Part shown: piece by piece, positions 13,041 through 26,752 of the stretch
Numbering within the stretch: position 1 is the stretch's first letter
How the letters are laid out: every line of letters starts with the position of its first letter
Assembly (NCBI GenBank): GCA_964016885.1
Contig: OZ024740.1
Coordinates: 47,058,001 to 47,122,000 of the forward strand
Length of the DNA stretch: 64,000 nt
Reading direction: 5' to 3'
DNA from: Eledone cirrhosa
Taxonomy: Eukaryota
Notes under the pieces: generated by a model
The model's input: only the letters and a program-made list of their open reading frames with translations
Databases searched by the model: none
What the model was told of the DNA's origin: nothing
Position numbers and translations under genes: made by a program

Positions 13041-13859
13041 ATTCTCTCTCTTTTGGAATCAGCTGCGCTACACTGTAAGAAGCAAATGGGGTCACTATAC
13101 ATTCCCTCAAGGATAGTGACTTCCATTATCTCAGAAAAGGAATGTGGTCATCGACACTCTGGTAGAATATAGAACATGATAGTGATGATTTGAGGAGATT
13201 GAAAAAGGATCATCAAAACATCGTGGAAACTATAACTCGTATCACAAATGCCCAAGAAAATGTTTAGTACAGCACAGATGGTAAAAATTGCTCATCAAAC
13301 GCAGTAAGTTCACCGTTCATATTAGATATGTGTCATCGTAATAGATTCTCAAATAAGCTATAAGAGAAATGACTCTATAACTATCATTGATAACACGCTA
13401 GCATCGACAGCTTTCCAAGAGATGACACTAACATTGATTGGGAGAGCAGATTTTTCTTCGAGTAATCTTACTCATCATCGATGATATCACAAATACTGTC
13501 TATGAGCAATGATGAAAGATGCATACAAATCATATTTAACTAGAAATCACACCAACATAACTTAATAATTGCTAAAATATACCTTTCTGTTTCGATACCC
13601 AAAGGAGGAAGGGAATCACAAATGAACCATTCAGGGCGTCACGGCTGGTGGGAGAAAAGTGTTCTTTAACATTTTTAAACCTGGCTCGAAATCTTACAAC
13701 TGAGTGAACTTCGCTAAAAGAAACCACGGATCCTATAATGCTGTTAACCTTGACAACTGAACGACTATGGCATGTGAATAAGTCAAACAGCATACAACTT
13801 TGATATATTTCGGCCAGTAATGTTCCAGGCCATATCTAATTAAACAGCACCATCTAGCG

Positions 13860-14250
13860 GAATATTTTAAAGTCATATTTTGGACAGCAGCAGTCCATTT
13901 GAGTAGGAAATTGTTGGCTGAAACATATCTGGATGTAGGTGGTTTATCTAGTAGTTCTTGAAAGAATTTATAGAGAAACCGTTTGAAGGGCATCTGATCT
14001 TTGATTTATTTCCGTATGATGTTGAAGATAGCTGGGCCAGTTGAGGTAAAATAGTTCTGTCGTAATGTTGTAATGTGATGTCAGCTAGATTTTTATAGGA
14101 GAAGAATAACACGAGAACCAAACCTTGTGTGGCTTTTAAAGTCAATATTGATGGGGTATTTTCCACATTTTACAAATAATAAGGTGTCCTCGGTGGTGCT
14201 GGGGAGAATAACATGCGAGCTTTTGAGCCGATCCCAGTAACCAAAGCCTA
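13860..14250 (-). mobile_element. CR1/L2-like LINE 3' end remnant
   Basis: Minus translations KLACYSPQHHRGHLIICKMWKI and FKRFLYKFFQELLDKPPTSRYVSANNFLLKW resemble the ORF2 C-terminus (LYSLQRRRERY..YxWKI; FKxxLDKFL..PDxP). Confidence 0.5.
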
Positions 14251-15181
14251 ATATGTCATTTATTTATTTTTTATTTGCAATTAAAATGTGGTGTATGTTT
14301 CAAATATCCTGCATCAAAGAATCTGAAAAAAAGATATACTTTATTAAAAAGTCTCTACTCAGAAACTTTTGCTTGACGATGAGATATCCGTAACAATATC
14401 ATAATAGATAATATGCTGTTGTTGGACCATAGTGAAAGACAATTTCTTAGTCATAAGATAGAAAAGTCATTTCGCAGCATGAAAAAATGGCATTCATGTT
14501 GTTGCACAATCCCGTATCAGAGTATTTTGATATACCCGTGGGACATGTCTAGCAGCTATAGTACTCTGTACAAACAATGGGTGGTCTAACTCATTACTAG
14601 ACAAATGTGTTTAATAAACCGACCGCATATCATGCTCGTTGATTGTTGCGTGTAACCATGTGCGTATTCATATATGTTTTTTGTGTAGTTCTACAGCCTG
14701 AATTCATTTATGTAGTAATGCGTTGACAGGCTTTTACGTAATTATGTGCGTTTGCATGCATTTATATAATTACGTGCGAAAACAACGAATACAAGAAAGG
14801 AAATACTAGAAAATAAAATATTAAAAGGATTACAAACGTAGAAGTTAATTGGTTGATTTTTGTTTTAGGTTACTTAGAATACGCAATAGGTTTCAAAGTG
14901 ATCAGTGGATGATTCATGAACCACAGATTTATTTAACTGAAAGTTAATTTAACCATACTTAACAAGCCACTCGATTACTCGTATTTTCAATTCACATTGC
15001 TACTATAAATATTTAGTCCTTTACATTTTAATGCATTGTAGGCGTTATCACTGTCTTACTACCCCCTGCCACATTCTTCAACTCTTTGCTCTTCCACTGC
15101 CATCATCTACTTCACGCGTTAAAAAGATTTTCCCTTAAAGTATCTCTGTTTTTAACCTCTGCAGCAATAACAGATTTTCAA

Positions 15182-15376
15182 ATTAATAATTGTTTCTACT
15201 TTTTGGCACAAGGCTAGCAATTATCTCAGTGTATTACTGGTACTTTTATTTTATCGACCCCGTAAGGATGAAAGGCAAAGTTAACCTCGGCGGGATTTGA
15301 ACTCAGTCCGTAAAGGGACGTAACTGTGTTGCAAAGCATGGCGTCCGACCCTCTACCGATACTGCCAATCCACCAT
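15182..15376 (-). mobile_element. Meta-domain SINE
   Basis: Near-full reverse copy of the 25134-25340 element. Confidence 0.85.
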
Positions 15377-15604
15377 AAGTCGTTGACCTTCCAAAATAGC
15401 TTCCACAGCAGCAGTCACAAATTTTATGACACCAGTAGCAACTTTTATAAAAAAAAATTCGATCGCATCAAATTTCTTTGAATTCCTTTTTGATGTAAAA
15501 ACGCACGCACAACCATCAACCATCCACACAGATAGAGGCACACACATACAGACAGAGACCCCCCCCCCCACACACACATATATATATATATATACGAACA
15601 CACA

Positions 15605-16000
15605 GACACAGCTACGTTTTGTTAGAAGAGTGTCATCCCTCCATTAAGCATTGTACGATCATTTGCATGCAGCTTTTGTTTTGCAAGCATGTTCACAGAT
15701 GTGTCACTTGAACTGTCTGTCTCCAGGTATTTCCGGCTGGGGTGTGTCTTTATGCATTCTACCATGTCTGCTGGTCAGTCCACAACCTGACATGCAAATC
15801 AAGCCACACTCATTGCAAATGTACTGCAGAGGGCGTGGTAGTAGAACCATCTCACAAGTGGCCCGATTTCTCCCTGGCTTTGTCTGATTTCAGATGGTTG
15901 ACAAATCCAACTCTTGATGGAAGAAATCGGCCACAAACATTGCACTTCAATTCCTGGAAGATGTTTGAAGGTACTACAATTGGGTACCGCTTATGGAGAG
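15605..16000 (-). mobile_element. RTE LINE 3' tail with C2H2-like motifs
   Basis: QELKCNVCGRFLPSRVGFVNHLKS. Homologous to 56230-56580 and ends next to a (CA)-rich tract. Confidence 0.75.
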
Positions 16001-16477
16001 AATATACAGCACACACACACATACGAACACACAAACTGAACGCACACACACACTTAAACACACACACACAGACATACATAAACAAAATCAAATTTCGACA
16101 ATGAGTACTCGAGTTATTCGACTATTCAAGTTACAAATAACATAGTGGAGTTTATCAGTAGTAGTATGGAGAGCTGGAAAACAGAGCTTACATCATCGGG
16201 TAAAGCTCTTGGAGAAGTGAAGATCAAGAGATGCATATTCCAAGGTGACAGTGTTTCACCATTTCTCTTTGTGTTATTTATGTTTCCAATGTATCTTCTG
16301 CTGAGAAAGACATCTTTGGGTTATGGAATGGATAGAAAGAGTGTACAGGTCAATCTTTATGGATGATCTTAAGCTGTTTGGACAAGACCAAGATCAGATT
16401 GACTCGTTAGTTAAAATAGTACACACGTTTAGGATTGATATAGGAATGGGATTTTGAACCAACAAGTGTGGTATATT

Positions 16478-16660
16478 AATAATTGTTTTTACTTTTGGCA
16501 CAAGGCCAGCAATTATCCCAGTGCATTACTGGTACTTTATTTTATCGACCCCGTAAGGATGAAAGGCAAAGTTAACCTCGGCGGGATTTGAACTCAGACC
16601 GTAAAGGGACGCAACTCTATACTGAAAAGCATGGCATCTGACCCTCTACCGATACTGCCA
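16478..16660 (-). mobile_element. Meta-domain SINE nested in the R4/Dong element
   Basis: Near-identical to 15182-15376. Confidence 0.85.
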
Positions 16661-16762
16661 ATAATGAAGAAATGAAAGCCACTGATGGAATTATATTGGT
16701 GGATGGTCAAGTCATGAAAGATGTTGAGAATGTAGGATATAAATATCTAGGAATACTGCAAT

Positions 16763-17020
16763 ACGTGGCCTAGTGGTAAGGGTGTTGGGTTTACGATCAT
16801 AATGTCGTGGGTTCGATTCCTGAGCTGGGTTGTGTGTTGTGTTCTTGAGCAAAGCACTTCATTTCATGTTGCTCCAATATACTCAGTTGAAAATGAGCAC
16901 CAGCAATAGCTGGGAGTTTAACTCTACGATGGACTGGCGGCCTGTCCAAGGGGAAGTCTCGTATTTTCAGTAGCTTTACGCCACGAAACCGGGATAAGCA
17001 CCTGGCTTGAGAAATACTTA
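16763..17020 (+). mobile_element. tRNA-derived CORE-type SINE nested in the R4/Dong element
   Basis: A box TGGCCTAGTGG, B box GGTTCGATTCC, then TGTGTTCTTGAGCAAAGCACTT...GAAAATGAG. Confidence 0.8.
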
Positions 17021-18516
17021 GAAAGCTGATAAAATCAAGGAAGGTGATATAAAGAAGAGGTTTGAGCCGGAGTATTCGAGGCGATTGAAATTAGTATTTA
17101 AGTCAGCATTGAATGGAAGTAATAAAATTTGGCTCTGAACACATGAGCTGGATATGGGACGATATGGGACTGGAATGTTGAACTGAAAACAATTAGAGAT
17201 CCTGACTTTAGACAGAAATACAAGATTTTGACTATGTGTGGGGCACTACACCAGAGAAGTGATATTGATAGACTTTATTTACCAATGAATATGGTAGAAC
17301 GTTGTTTGATTGGTTTGATCCCTTTTTGATTAATGGGAAACGATCCGGGGTAATAAAGTATTAAAACTGAACTAAAAAGAACAAACGAAAAGAAGCTTGA
17401 TATGTGGAGGTAGAACAGAATACACGGTCAATTAATCCGAAATACTAATGATTCCTCTTTGTGTAAGATGTGTGAAGCTAAAGGAGAGACTATAAGCCAT
17501 ATAGTAAGCGAATGCTCCAAACTTGCTCAAAGAAAATACAAGAGAAGACATGGCAACATAGCACGCATCGACCACTGGAAACTTTGTAAGGTTTGCCTTG
17601 AGAGAGCTAAAAAAATGGTATGAACATACTCCAAGAGTGTCATTGATAACGATGAGGTTAAAATATTGTGGGATGTTATGATACAATGTGACAATATGAT
17701 TGCTGCAAGGAAGCCAGACACAGTAATTGTCAACAAGAAAACCAGACATTGTATTATAATAGATATTTTAGTTCCTGGAGACAGAGTAGATAAACAGAGG
17801 GAGGGAAGAAATACAAGTATGGAGATCTCAAACGGGAAGGTGCCACATTAAGGCAAATGAAAAAGGTCTAAATAGTGCCTCTGTAGTTGGAACACTTGGA
17901 ACAGTGCCAAGGAAATTAGAGTATTGGCTTGGGAAGCTCGGAATAGAAATAAAAACAGCAAGAAATTTGAGAACAGTTTTAGAGAAAGAAACTTTGTAAA
18001 CTTTGTCATTTGTTATGACGCGCTTCCAAAGCTTAAATTTGGTTGGAGATCTTCCAGCGTTTAAAAGATAATAATTATCGAAAAAAAAGGAGTTATGGGT
18101 ACATACAATCATAGAACTCTATAGGATTGGTTTTACACTAGTTTAAGTTACCCCTCAATGCATTCAAATTAAATTTTAACGATTCTTTTAAAAAACATAC
18201 ATTTTAAGTAATTTTTTGAGTGTGCAAGAATACATTGACTATTGGCCAATATCTGAGTCACTTTGACGCATCATAATATACTCTAGCCAACGCTAAAAAT
18301 ATGTCAAGTTTGAAGTGGCCTAAAGAGAACCAAAGACCTGAATGAATTTAGATCACCAGAAATTGTTTGCACTTCCGCATCCAAACAAAAATCTTCTCGG
18401 CATTTTCAAAAGGTTATCATATATTTAAGCAAAAATTAAGCTAATTAGCGTCTACTCAACATTTTAAAACGATGAATAATCATACGAAGAAGCGTATATA
18501 TATATATATATATATA

Positions 18517-19370
18517 AAACAACTTGCCCCCCCCCCCCTCTCACTCAACGTTAAAACTAATGTAGGAAAACATTTTTTAGCTCTCTTAGATAGACACTTC
18601 CCCATAGGTCACAAATACCGCTCCATCTTTAACAGACACAGGGTGAAACTAGGATACTCCTGCGCTAAGAATATGAAAGCCCACATCAACAACAGCCCTA
18701 AGAACAGCACCCCACCAGGATACTATTGCCGAACGCCTGAAGCTTGTCCCCTTCAACAACAATGCAACACACCCGGTGTAATTTACGAAGCTGTGGTCAC
18801 TTCTAACCGACCAAATCAACAACATGAGGTTAAATCCTATGTAGGTATGGCGGAGGGCCGGTTTAAGGAACGTTTCCTGAACCATCAGTCGACATTTAGA
18901 TAACCGGACAAACGATCGTCCACGAAACTCGCGAGCCACGTATGGTCCCTTAAGGACATAGGCGTAGATTACTCCATCCAATGGAAAGGTATTACTAAGT
19001 CTAAGCCATACGCAAGGGGCAATTCGTCTTGTGGGTTGTGCATTGAAGAAAGGATCAATATCCTGAGAAGTTATGCAATAGCGATTGCCTAAATTTAAGG
19101 AATGAACTTTTCTTACGTTGTCCACACGTCTGGAAACACCTCTTACATAATTACAAAGCTCCAGATTGACTAACATCAACAATCTATAATCTGAATAACA
19201 TGAATAATTTATTCCGGACATCCACAATTATCTCCCCCATATCGATCTATTGTGGGTTTACCTCCCACAGGAGAAGTGACTGTTTCTGCACATGCGTATT
19301 CGTACGGTTGTTTTTCCTTTTCCGTACAACTTCATTTAGACCAAGCTGAGCATCCGAATAAGGTGAAACA

Positions 19371-19380
<10 letters not shown>
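18517..19380 (+). mobile_element. 5'-truncated Penelope-like element (GIY-YIG) in (TA)n
   Basis: NVKTNVGKHFLALLDRHFP..HKYRSIFNR..KLGYSC, CPL..C..GVIY..SYVG..FKERF.NH, then an in-frame stop at 18901 and continuation to PY....CGLC..E. Degenerate HHR near 19346-19375. Confidence 0.88.
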
Positions 19381-19420
<40 letters not shown>

Positions 19421-19425
<5 letters not shown>

Positions 19426-20195
19426 TTTACATATATATATACATATACATACATATACGTGTTTTGCAACTGGTCACTTTTTGGCTCAATGAAAAATTAA
19501 TAAATTAAACAATCAGAGCTATATATCATAAAACATGTCTATAGAATCACAAGATAAAATATATACTATTTCCTCTCCCAATTAGCATAATTAACTATAT
19601 AAAAAATCGAATAGACCAGGCTATACGAATGAGGCTTCTATGAAGGAATCTCCAAGAAATAACCAAGACTAGCGCTTCGCGTCGGCCGTAGTGGAATATT
19701 TATCGAATATTTCGACAGCGTAATCGCCTAGATACAGTCAACTAAGCAGAATTAGGTTTAAAATAAACTAGGAGAAAATAGAAAACATTTAAGTACCTCT
19801 ACCATGGTTTCGTCCGTGTTTTGAGTTTTCCAATAATTATGTAATAATTATATAAACTTGAGCGCCGGATTCTTCAGGAAGCTCGCTCATATCTAGACAT
19901 TAAATTTTCCAAAACGATCGCGCCAAGAATTCATTTCAAAATGGCTAAAAATCGTGACGTAGTCGCGGTCAAGTTGGAAAGGGTGTGGTAGTTGCTTACG
20001 ACTGGTGGCGTTTTTGCTAGAAAGCACAGCACAATACAGCCAAATTTGTATCTCAACCTAGTGGGAGATTATTACATATAAAAGTTTACATATATATATA
20101 CATACACATACATATACGTGTTTTGCAACTGGTCACTATTTGGCTCAATGAAAAATTAATAAATTAAACAATCAGAGCTATATATCATAAAACAT
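19421..20195 (-). mobile_element. Retrozyme-like element, copy 1 (~659-bp unit, ~115-bp terminal redundancy)
   Basis: 19421-19536 recurs at 20080-20195. HHR on the minus strand at 19795-19882. (TA)n on both sides. Confidence 0.8.
19795..19882 (-). ncRNA. Type I hammerhead ribozyme
   Basis: Reverse complement: GCTTC-CTGAAGA-ATCCG...CGGAC-GAAA-CCATGG-TA-GAGGT. Confidence 0.7.
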
Positions 20196-20217
20196 ATATA
20201 TATATGTATGTATGTAA

Positions 20218-20347
<130 letters not shown>

Positions 20348-20406
20348 GTATATATATGTATATACATATGTGTATATATATATATATGTATATATATACG
20401 TATATA

Positions 20407-20487
<81 letters not shown>

Positions 20488-20507
20488 GGTATATATTTAC
20501 ATATATA

Positions 20508-21190
20508 CATGGTATATATTTTATCTGGTGATTCTATTGACATGTTTTATAATATATAGCTCCGATTATTTAATTTATTAACTTTTCATTGAGTCACAAA
20601 GTGACCCGTTACAAAACACGTATATGTATGTATGCATATATATATATGTAAACTTTTATATGTAATAATCTCCCATTAGGTTGAGATACAAATTTGGCTC
20701 TATTGTGCTGTGCTTTCTAGCAAAAAGCCACCAGCCGTAAGCAACTACCACACCCTTTCCAACCTGACCGCTGCTAAGTCACGATTCTTAGCCATTTTGA
20801 ATGAATTCTTGGCGCGATAACTTTGGAAAATTTAGTGTCTGGATCAGAGCAAATCTCCCGAAGAGTCCGATGCTCGAGTTACAAAATTATTGGAAATCTC
20901 AAAATACGGACGAAACCATGGTAGAGGTATTTAAATGTATTCTATTTTCTCCTAGTTTATTTTACACCTATTATGCTTAATTGACTGTATCTGGGCGATT
21001 ACGCTGTCGAAATATTCGATAAATATTCCGTCGCGGCCGACGCGAAGGGCTAGTTTCGGTTATTTGTTGGAGATTCCTTCATAGAAGCCTTATTCTTATA
21101 GCCTGGTCTATTTGATTTTTTATATAGTTAATTATGCTGATTGGGAGAGGAAATGGTATATATTTTATCTGGTGATTCTATTGACATGTT

Positions 21191-21200
<10 letters not shown>
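20508..21200 (+). mobile_element. Retrozyme-like element, copy 2 (different permutation, ~48-bp terminal redundancy)
   Basis: Reverse-complement homolog of copy 1. It starts and ends with ATGGTATATATTTTATCTGGTGATTCTATTGACATGTTTTATAATATATA. HHR at 20854-20927 (CCGAAGA-GTCCG...CGGAC-GAAA-CCATGG-TA-GAGG). Confidence 0.8.
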
Positions 21201-21221
<21 letters not shown>

Positions 21222-21222
<1 letters not shown>

Positions 21223-21461
21223 GGACAGAACAAAGGAGAGGCACAGAAACAAAGAAAGGAATCCCCAGTCACTGAAGAGGTCACAGAGTGTGTGACGAAA
21301 GAACTATGACTATATATAAACAACTATCTGGTTGTAGAACCAACCAACCAACCAACCAGAAATTTATAAAGTTATAAATATATAAATATATAATAAATTG
21401 AAGTGAAAGCAACTGGTGCGTGTGTTTCTTATTGGCAACATGACCCTCCCAAAGTATAACA

Positions 21462-21462
<1 letters not shown>
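21222..21462 (+). mobile_element. Solo pLTR of the PLE at 51622-53468, with HHR at 21267-21311
   Basis: Nearly identical to 53171-53410. AGTCA-CTGAAGA-G-GTCACA/TGTGAC-GAAA-GAAC-TA-TGACT. Confidence 0.88.
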
Positions 21463-21496
<34 letters not shown>

Positions 21497-21638
21497 AGCA
21501 AAAGGGATATTTAATTAGTTGGTAATTCAACAAATATATATGTTTATAACTAATTCGAAGCACTCGACAGTTTTCTGGAAAAATTTGAACCGTTAAGATC
21601 TCCTTCCTGGATATGTCAATATTTATAAACAAACTTTG

Positions 21639-21699
21639 TATGTTATCTGATGAGAGCGTACCAGAGTTTTGGTACCCTTGAAATATATATAATAGAATA
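21639..21699 (+). ncRNA. Type I hammerhead, same family as 9454-9514
   Basis: CTGATGA-GAGCGTACCAGAGTTTTGGTACCCTT-GAAA-TATATA-TA-ATAGAATA. The downstream flank matches 9515-9560. Confidence 0.75.
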
Positions 21700-21742
21700 A
21701 ATATGGTTTTATAAATATAGTTTCCATTTATTAATATCATTG

Positions 21743-21804
<62 letters not shown>

Positions 21805-22249
21805 ATGTATGTATGTATATTTACGCGAGCGTATGTTTATATATGTGTGTACATATAAAAATGTACACACGCATATACATTCATCTCTCCATCTCTCTCT
21901 TTATACATATATATAACTATAGACACAATGCATGAGTTCAGTTGATTTCGCTTGGGGTTCCCACCGGATCAATTTGAGAAGGTTGCTTGTGATAGGACCC
22001 TTGGGAAGGCGTGTCTGAGGACTCTGCTCCTACAACACTTTCGGAAAGAAGAAGAAGAAGAAGAAGAAGAAGGCACAATGTGGTTATTGAAAAGCATACT
22101 AAGCCAACTTGGAATCATTCGTAAATTGGTGCAGGGATAGTCGTGTGCTTAAAACGCTCGCTTTACATTTGATTCACTCTTAATGCAAGGCTCCATATGC
22201 AAGTGTATTTGATAAATATAGATCGAGGTAACTGGTTTGTGTCGCGGAA

Positions 22250-24150
22250 AATGTACCAGACCGAATTATGTACAGGAGTTGCTTTAGTATACCCACAGTT
22301 CAATGAATGAAATTATTGAAACAATAAAAGAATGACTTCTATTTCACGTGTTTTTATTCACAGGTTCACTTTTGTTTGTCTTCCAGTTGAGATTCATATG
22401 TTATGTAAATTTGCTTCTTGCCTTTGGTTGTGTCTGAAAATCTCTGTCGTTTCAAGTAATTCCAGCTGTAGTCGAAGTACAATGATATCTCAGTGTAGCC
22501 TAGTTGACACAATACCTAACATTGCCGGTGAGATGAAGTTTACAAGTTTGGATATCAGTTATGTTTTTATTTCTTTCAGTTGTTTTGATTTCTGTTAGCG
22601 ATTGATATAGTATATTTGCATTTATTGTTTGCAAATTTATTCGCAAATTTAAAACAATAATTATTTGCATTCATCACATCGATTCCTCTCAAACATTATT
22701 TCATAGAGAAACTTCGTTGAAATATTGAATAAATTACTGTGAGTAATGTTTTTCATGGATTAATTTCCAATTTTGCTACAGATTGAACTGAACATAGCAA
22801 GGTTTGAATGTTTTCCGACAACGATTTAAAAACAAGTGGGCCACAAGTGTTAAAAACAGGAGGTATCAATCTTTTTTCAGAAGTGGTATATTTTTAGACA
22901 GTGTTCTAAACCCTTTCCAAATGCGTGCTATAAAATTCCTTCCTGGGTTTGTTTTTAGCTAAGAGATAATATTATCAGACATCTGGATTCTGTTTGGTTG
23001 TCTAAAATACTGCAATTATCACAATCGTATTAGTAAGTATTCATTTTTTTTAACTTACCAACTGTTACTCATGAACACTTTTTATAATTCTCGAATTGTT
23101 TATTCAGCTCTCAAAGAAGGAATCAACATGTGACAGGAGCTGATATAAACTATCTTCAGAAATATCTCAGAACAATGGAATAACGTCAGACAATTTGGTT
23201 TTTCTATTAAGGAAGAAAAAATCCTATGAAAGCATACAATAGTCCTTGTTTATGAAGCGATTACTTCCTCGTCCGTGAAAATGCGGTTTCTAACTTATGC
23301 ACACAACACTAGGGAAGTGATGTCACTGAAGCACTTTTACTACTTTTGTCTCATAGTTTCAAGTTTAACGCCCCACCGCAATAGAGAATGTGTTAATAAA
23401 AGAACATTGATTGCAAAAAGGTACTTGCAGTTGCTTAAATAAGCTAGCTTATAGATGTTTCGAACAGATTCCATCATTTGGGATGTCAGAGAATGTTTAA
23501 AGGATTTTTGTTTAAGAAAAATGTATAATCGTGTTTCCTAACTGTAGTAAAATATTTGAATATATTCTACCAGAAGAAGGAAATGTTTTCAACTAAATGC
23601 GATCCTCATGGATAGACTTTACTCCAGCCTCTCTGTTGTTAATAAAAGAAATTGGAGTGTTTTGATTAAAGTAAGGTTTAAATTGAATATGTAAGATATA
23701 TAAGTAAAGGTAAGATTTGTAAATGAATGTAGCATGTTGAATTTAAAATAAAGCGTCAATGTAAACGGTAACCTTGGAGTCAAAAATGGTGTTAACAACC
23801 ATATTAAGTCAAAGACGATATATTAATGTAGCAAGAAATTTCTTATTAACTGACAAAAATATACTAATATCTGAAAATATTTTGAAAAAAATACTTAAAA
23901 ACATTCCATCAAATTGCAAACTAAGCAGTAGTCTTGTTAACGTAGGTTTGGATATATTTTCCCGCCCCCTCCAATCTAGGATTGTTGATGATCTAATAAT
24001 ACACAGAGCCGCATTGTTTGCTAAAAGTTGTGTGTAAGAGAGTGGTTTTAATGGTGAAACCTTTTGTTTGGTAGTGTCATATTGATATCAACTTCCACAA
24101 AGAATAACGTCACAAGGAAATAACATTGCTCTAAAAAGAACAACTGGATA
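22250..24150 (-). pseudogene. Possible decayed leucine-rich-repeat (Toll-like-type) gene
   Basis: Stop-riddled minus translations show LRR-like units (NRIQMSDNIIS*L, FNEVSL*NNV, IIVLNLRINLQTI), an LRRCT-like KLHLTGNVRYC and then a hydrophobic stretch. Confidence 0.3.
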
Positions 24151-25133
24151 ATTTTATTTTAATTATTTTCAAATCTACGTTTTTACAGATATCCGCTTTC
24201 TAGCGGATGTTAAAGAAATAGTAAGCGACAGTTACAGCTGTAAAATGAGAAACAAAATGTTATAACAAATCTATTTGGTCTTATTCTTTCCTTTAAGTGT
24301 TACTAAAAGACCACCGTTGTTTTTGCTTTAATATGTCTCTTGTTCACATTTTTTACCTTAAGTCAATGATTAATGTGCCACCCATGAATTGAAATTTCCA
24401 AAGACAAAAAAAAAGAAGATTTTTATGCAACCTTTCGTCTCTAATTAAGTAGAAGGCAATTAGTGAAGTCGCAGAGCTACTTATTAAGAGCTAAACTTGT
24501 GAAGGCATCTGTGATGAATGAGTGTCGAATTATAATGTTCAGCTAGATGACAAAATAGATGTCTATATTAAAAACAGGCGAGCGTATTTACCTAGAGTAA
24601 TAAATTATAACATTTCAAAACAATAGCAAAATATAGACCAATGTATTCATTAAATCTTCAGTCGATGCTTACTTTTAACTGAGATTTATTCTCAAATAAG
24701 ACGGGGATACACTTTAAATTTTTTTTTATTTTTCTGTTATGATAGAATAAAGAAAACGAAACTTGAAAGAAATATTGAACAGTTACTCAGTAAGGATTTC
24801 CTCACTCTAAAATGAACTAAATGGACTCTAAAATGAACTAAATAAAAACTAAATTGTCTTCAGACAATTTAGGTTTTATTTACTTATTAATGTCGTATAT
24901 TGAACTCATATTGAGTGTAATCTAACAAGTGCTGTACAATTGTTTAATTATTTATCGACAGCCAATCATATCTCAATCACGTGTGCTCGTGTTTTTTGCC
25001 TATTTAGCTTCAGCTAAACAGGGGTACACAATTCTATCCAACAGGTTCGAATTACAGTCTGACGGTTTGAGGAGTACACATTTCTTTCTGTCGCCAAGGC
25101 CATGTTCAATGTGATTATTATTATATTATATAA

Positions 25134-25340
25134 GGCGGTGGATTGGCAGTATCAGTAGAGGGTCGGACGCCATGCTTTGCAGCCTAGAGTTACAGCCCTT
25201 TATGATCTGAGTTCAAATCCCTTTCATCCTTACGGGGTCGATAAAATAAAGCACCAGTAATGCACTGGGGTCGATTTAATCGACTTTCTCCTCCCCCAAA
25301 ATTTCTGGCCTTGTGCCTATATAAGAAACCATTATTATTA
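25134..25340 (+). mobile_element. Meta-domain SINE
   Basis: GGCGGTGGATTGGCAG head, GAGTTCAAATCC, the core and a (TAT)n tail. Confidence 0.85.
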
Positions 25341-25926
25341 TATGCTCGCTTCAGTTCAATAATTCTACAGTTCAGTGTGTCGAAGTAGAAATTTGTAAAT
25401 TACTGTTCCTTGTTCAATTACCCACATAAGGAGATAAACAAGGCATGGCAACTAACAATTATATGTTGTGGTCGTTTACATGTTAGAGGTAAAATCCAAA
25501 GAAAAGGGGACACTTTCAGATTTAAAACGACTCCATTTCCATTTGTCATATATGTATGTCTATTTGTATATCTAGCGATATACGGTATATATATATGAAT
25601 GTAGGTATAGTATATTTGGCAATATACCGTATGTTCAATTAAAAACATTTAGAAGACCATTCGCTATCAATTTTAAAGTAGTGACTATGTCACTTACTTA
25701 TATTTTCGGCAAGGCTGGGAGAATGGCTGGCAGCTGTTTCTCGCTGCTTGGCGTTTATCAAAGCCATGCTCTCACCTACCTTTGCCGAAAATTATAGCAA
25801 CTGGATTCTTATAGAATTCCAGTAATAATCAGGGTCTGATTACACACAGCGATTGCCGGTCCAGCAAAAATTAGGTATTAGTATTGGTGCTCTGAAATAG
25901 CGATGTAATACACATATATATATATA

Positions 25927-26240
25927 CAGTAAGTCCCCAACTTACGAACAAGTTACGTTCCAAGAGTCAGTTCGTTAGTTGATTTGTTCGTAAGTTGATA
26001 GTCTAACACAGTACGTACCAGTAAGCCCGTATATGTTACATTGATACTGCAGGTTTCTATATGAGTGATATATATATATACAGTATATAGAGAAGGTATA
26101 TATAACATGTAGTAATGAATTTGTGGCAAACACTCAAACCACGACCCACGAATTTCAAACTCAGACACATTTCTTTTCTTCGTGAAACTGTTCGTATCTG
26201 CGAAAGGTCGTAAGTAGGATGTTCTTAAGGTGGGGACTTA

Positions 26241-26243
<3 letters not shown>
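25927..26243. mobile_element. Tigger/pogo-type MITE
   Basis: TIRs CAGTAAGTCCCC/GGGGACTTACTG with TA on both sides. Confidence 0.85.
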
Positions 26244-26310
<67 letters not shown>

Positions 26311-26313
<3 letters not shown>

Positions 26314-26490
26314 AAAAGAGTCAGGCCCCCGACGGCTGAGCTCCGGCGGTTTCGAGTTCGGATCTAGCTGTCGAAACGGCCGGAGCACAGCCGTCGTGGT
26401 CCTGACTCTTTTCCTATTACCCACTCTACTACCCTAAGTATCGAGTACTTTGGTGCGTTATGGTCCATCTGGTTTCTTACCACACTTTAT
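26311..26490 (+). mobile_element. Fold-back element, GACCCCGACGGC family
   Basis: Imperfect palindrome 26308-26416 plus the same extension as 8916-8998. Confidence 0.75.
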
Positions 26491-26708
26491 TTGTTATATA
26501 TATGTTGTTATACTTGGGGAGGGTTATATTGTTGTAATAATATTGCCAGAAATAATAACAGAACACACTCACTCTTTGGTTGGTTTTCGCTTCTGTATCT
26601 TTTATATCTCCACAGTTAATTCATTTGGTCCTCAATGTTTATCATTGACTGACCAACGGTAAAAAATACAGATATAATATAGATATAAACACATATATAT
26701 ATATAGTC

Positions 26709-26752
26709 TAACAAAGTTCTTTCGTTGCACATCTACAACATCATCAGTGGTA
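26709..26752 (-). ncRNA. Minimal type I hammerhead in a pLTR-like fragment (26705-26928)
   Basis: Reverse complement: TACCA-CTGATGA-T-GTTGTA/TGCAAC-GAAA-GAAC-TT-TGTTA. Confidence 0.65.

Larger units (their letters stand above)
16140..17990 (+). mobile_element. R4/Dong-clade non-LTR retrotransposon, 5'-truncated and decayed
   Basis: RT motifs IKRCIFQGDSVSP and MDDLKLFG; CCHC knuckle CKMC..ETISHIVSEC; RH; restriction-like endonuclease WD..IQCD....ARKPD. Interrupted by two SINEs. Confidence 0.85.

Noticed and set aside
16763-16835. tRNA gene (also 56990-57060 and 63800-63870)
   Set aside because: These are tRNA-like heads that run directly into SINE bodies, with imperfect cloverleafs.
18649-19227. 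192-aa minus-strand ORF
   Set aside because: It is the antisense shadow of the PLE GIY-YIG region.
20520-20560. CTGGTGA...GACA as a second HHR in the terminal repeat
   Set aside because: It has two core mismatches and no stem II, and copy 1 is further from the consensus.
23280-23340. CCVHKL as a hAT transposase CxxH motif
   Set aside because: It is an isolated motif with no TIRs or other DDE motifs nearby.
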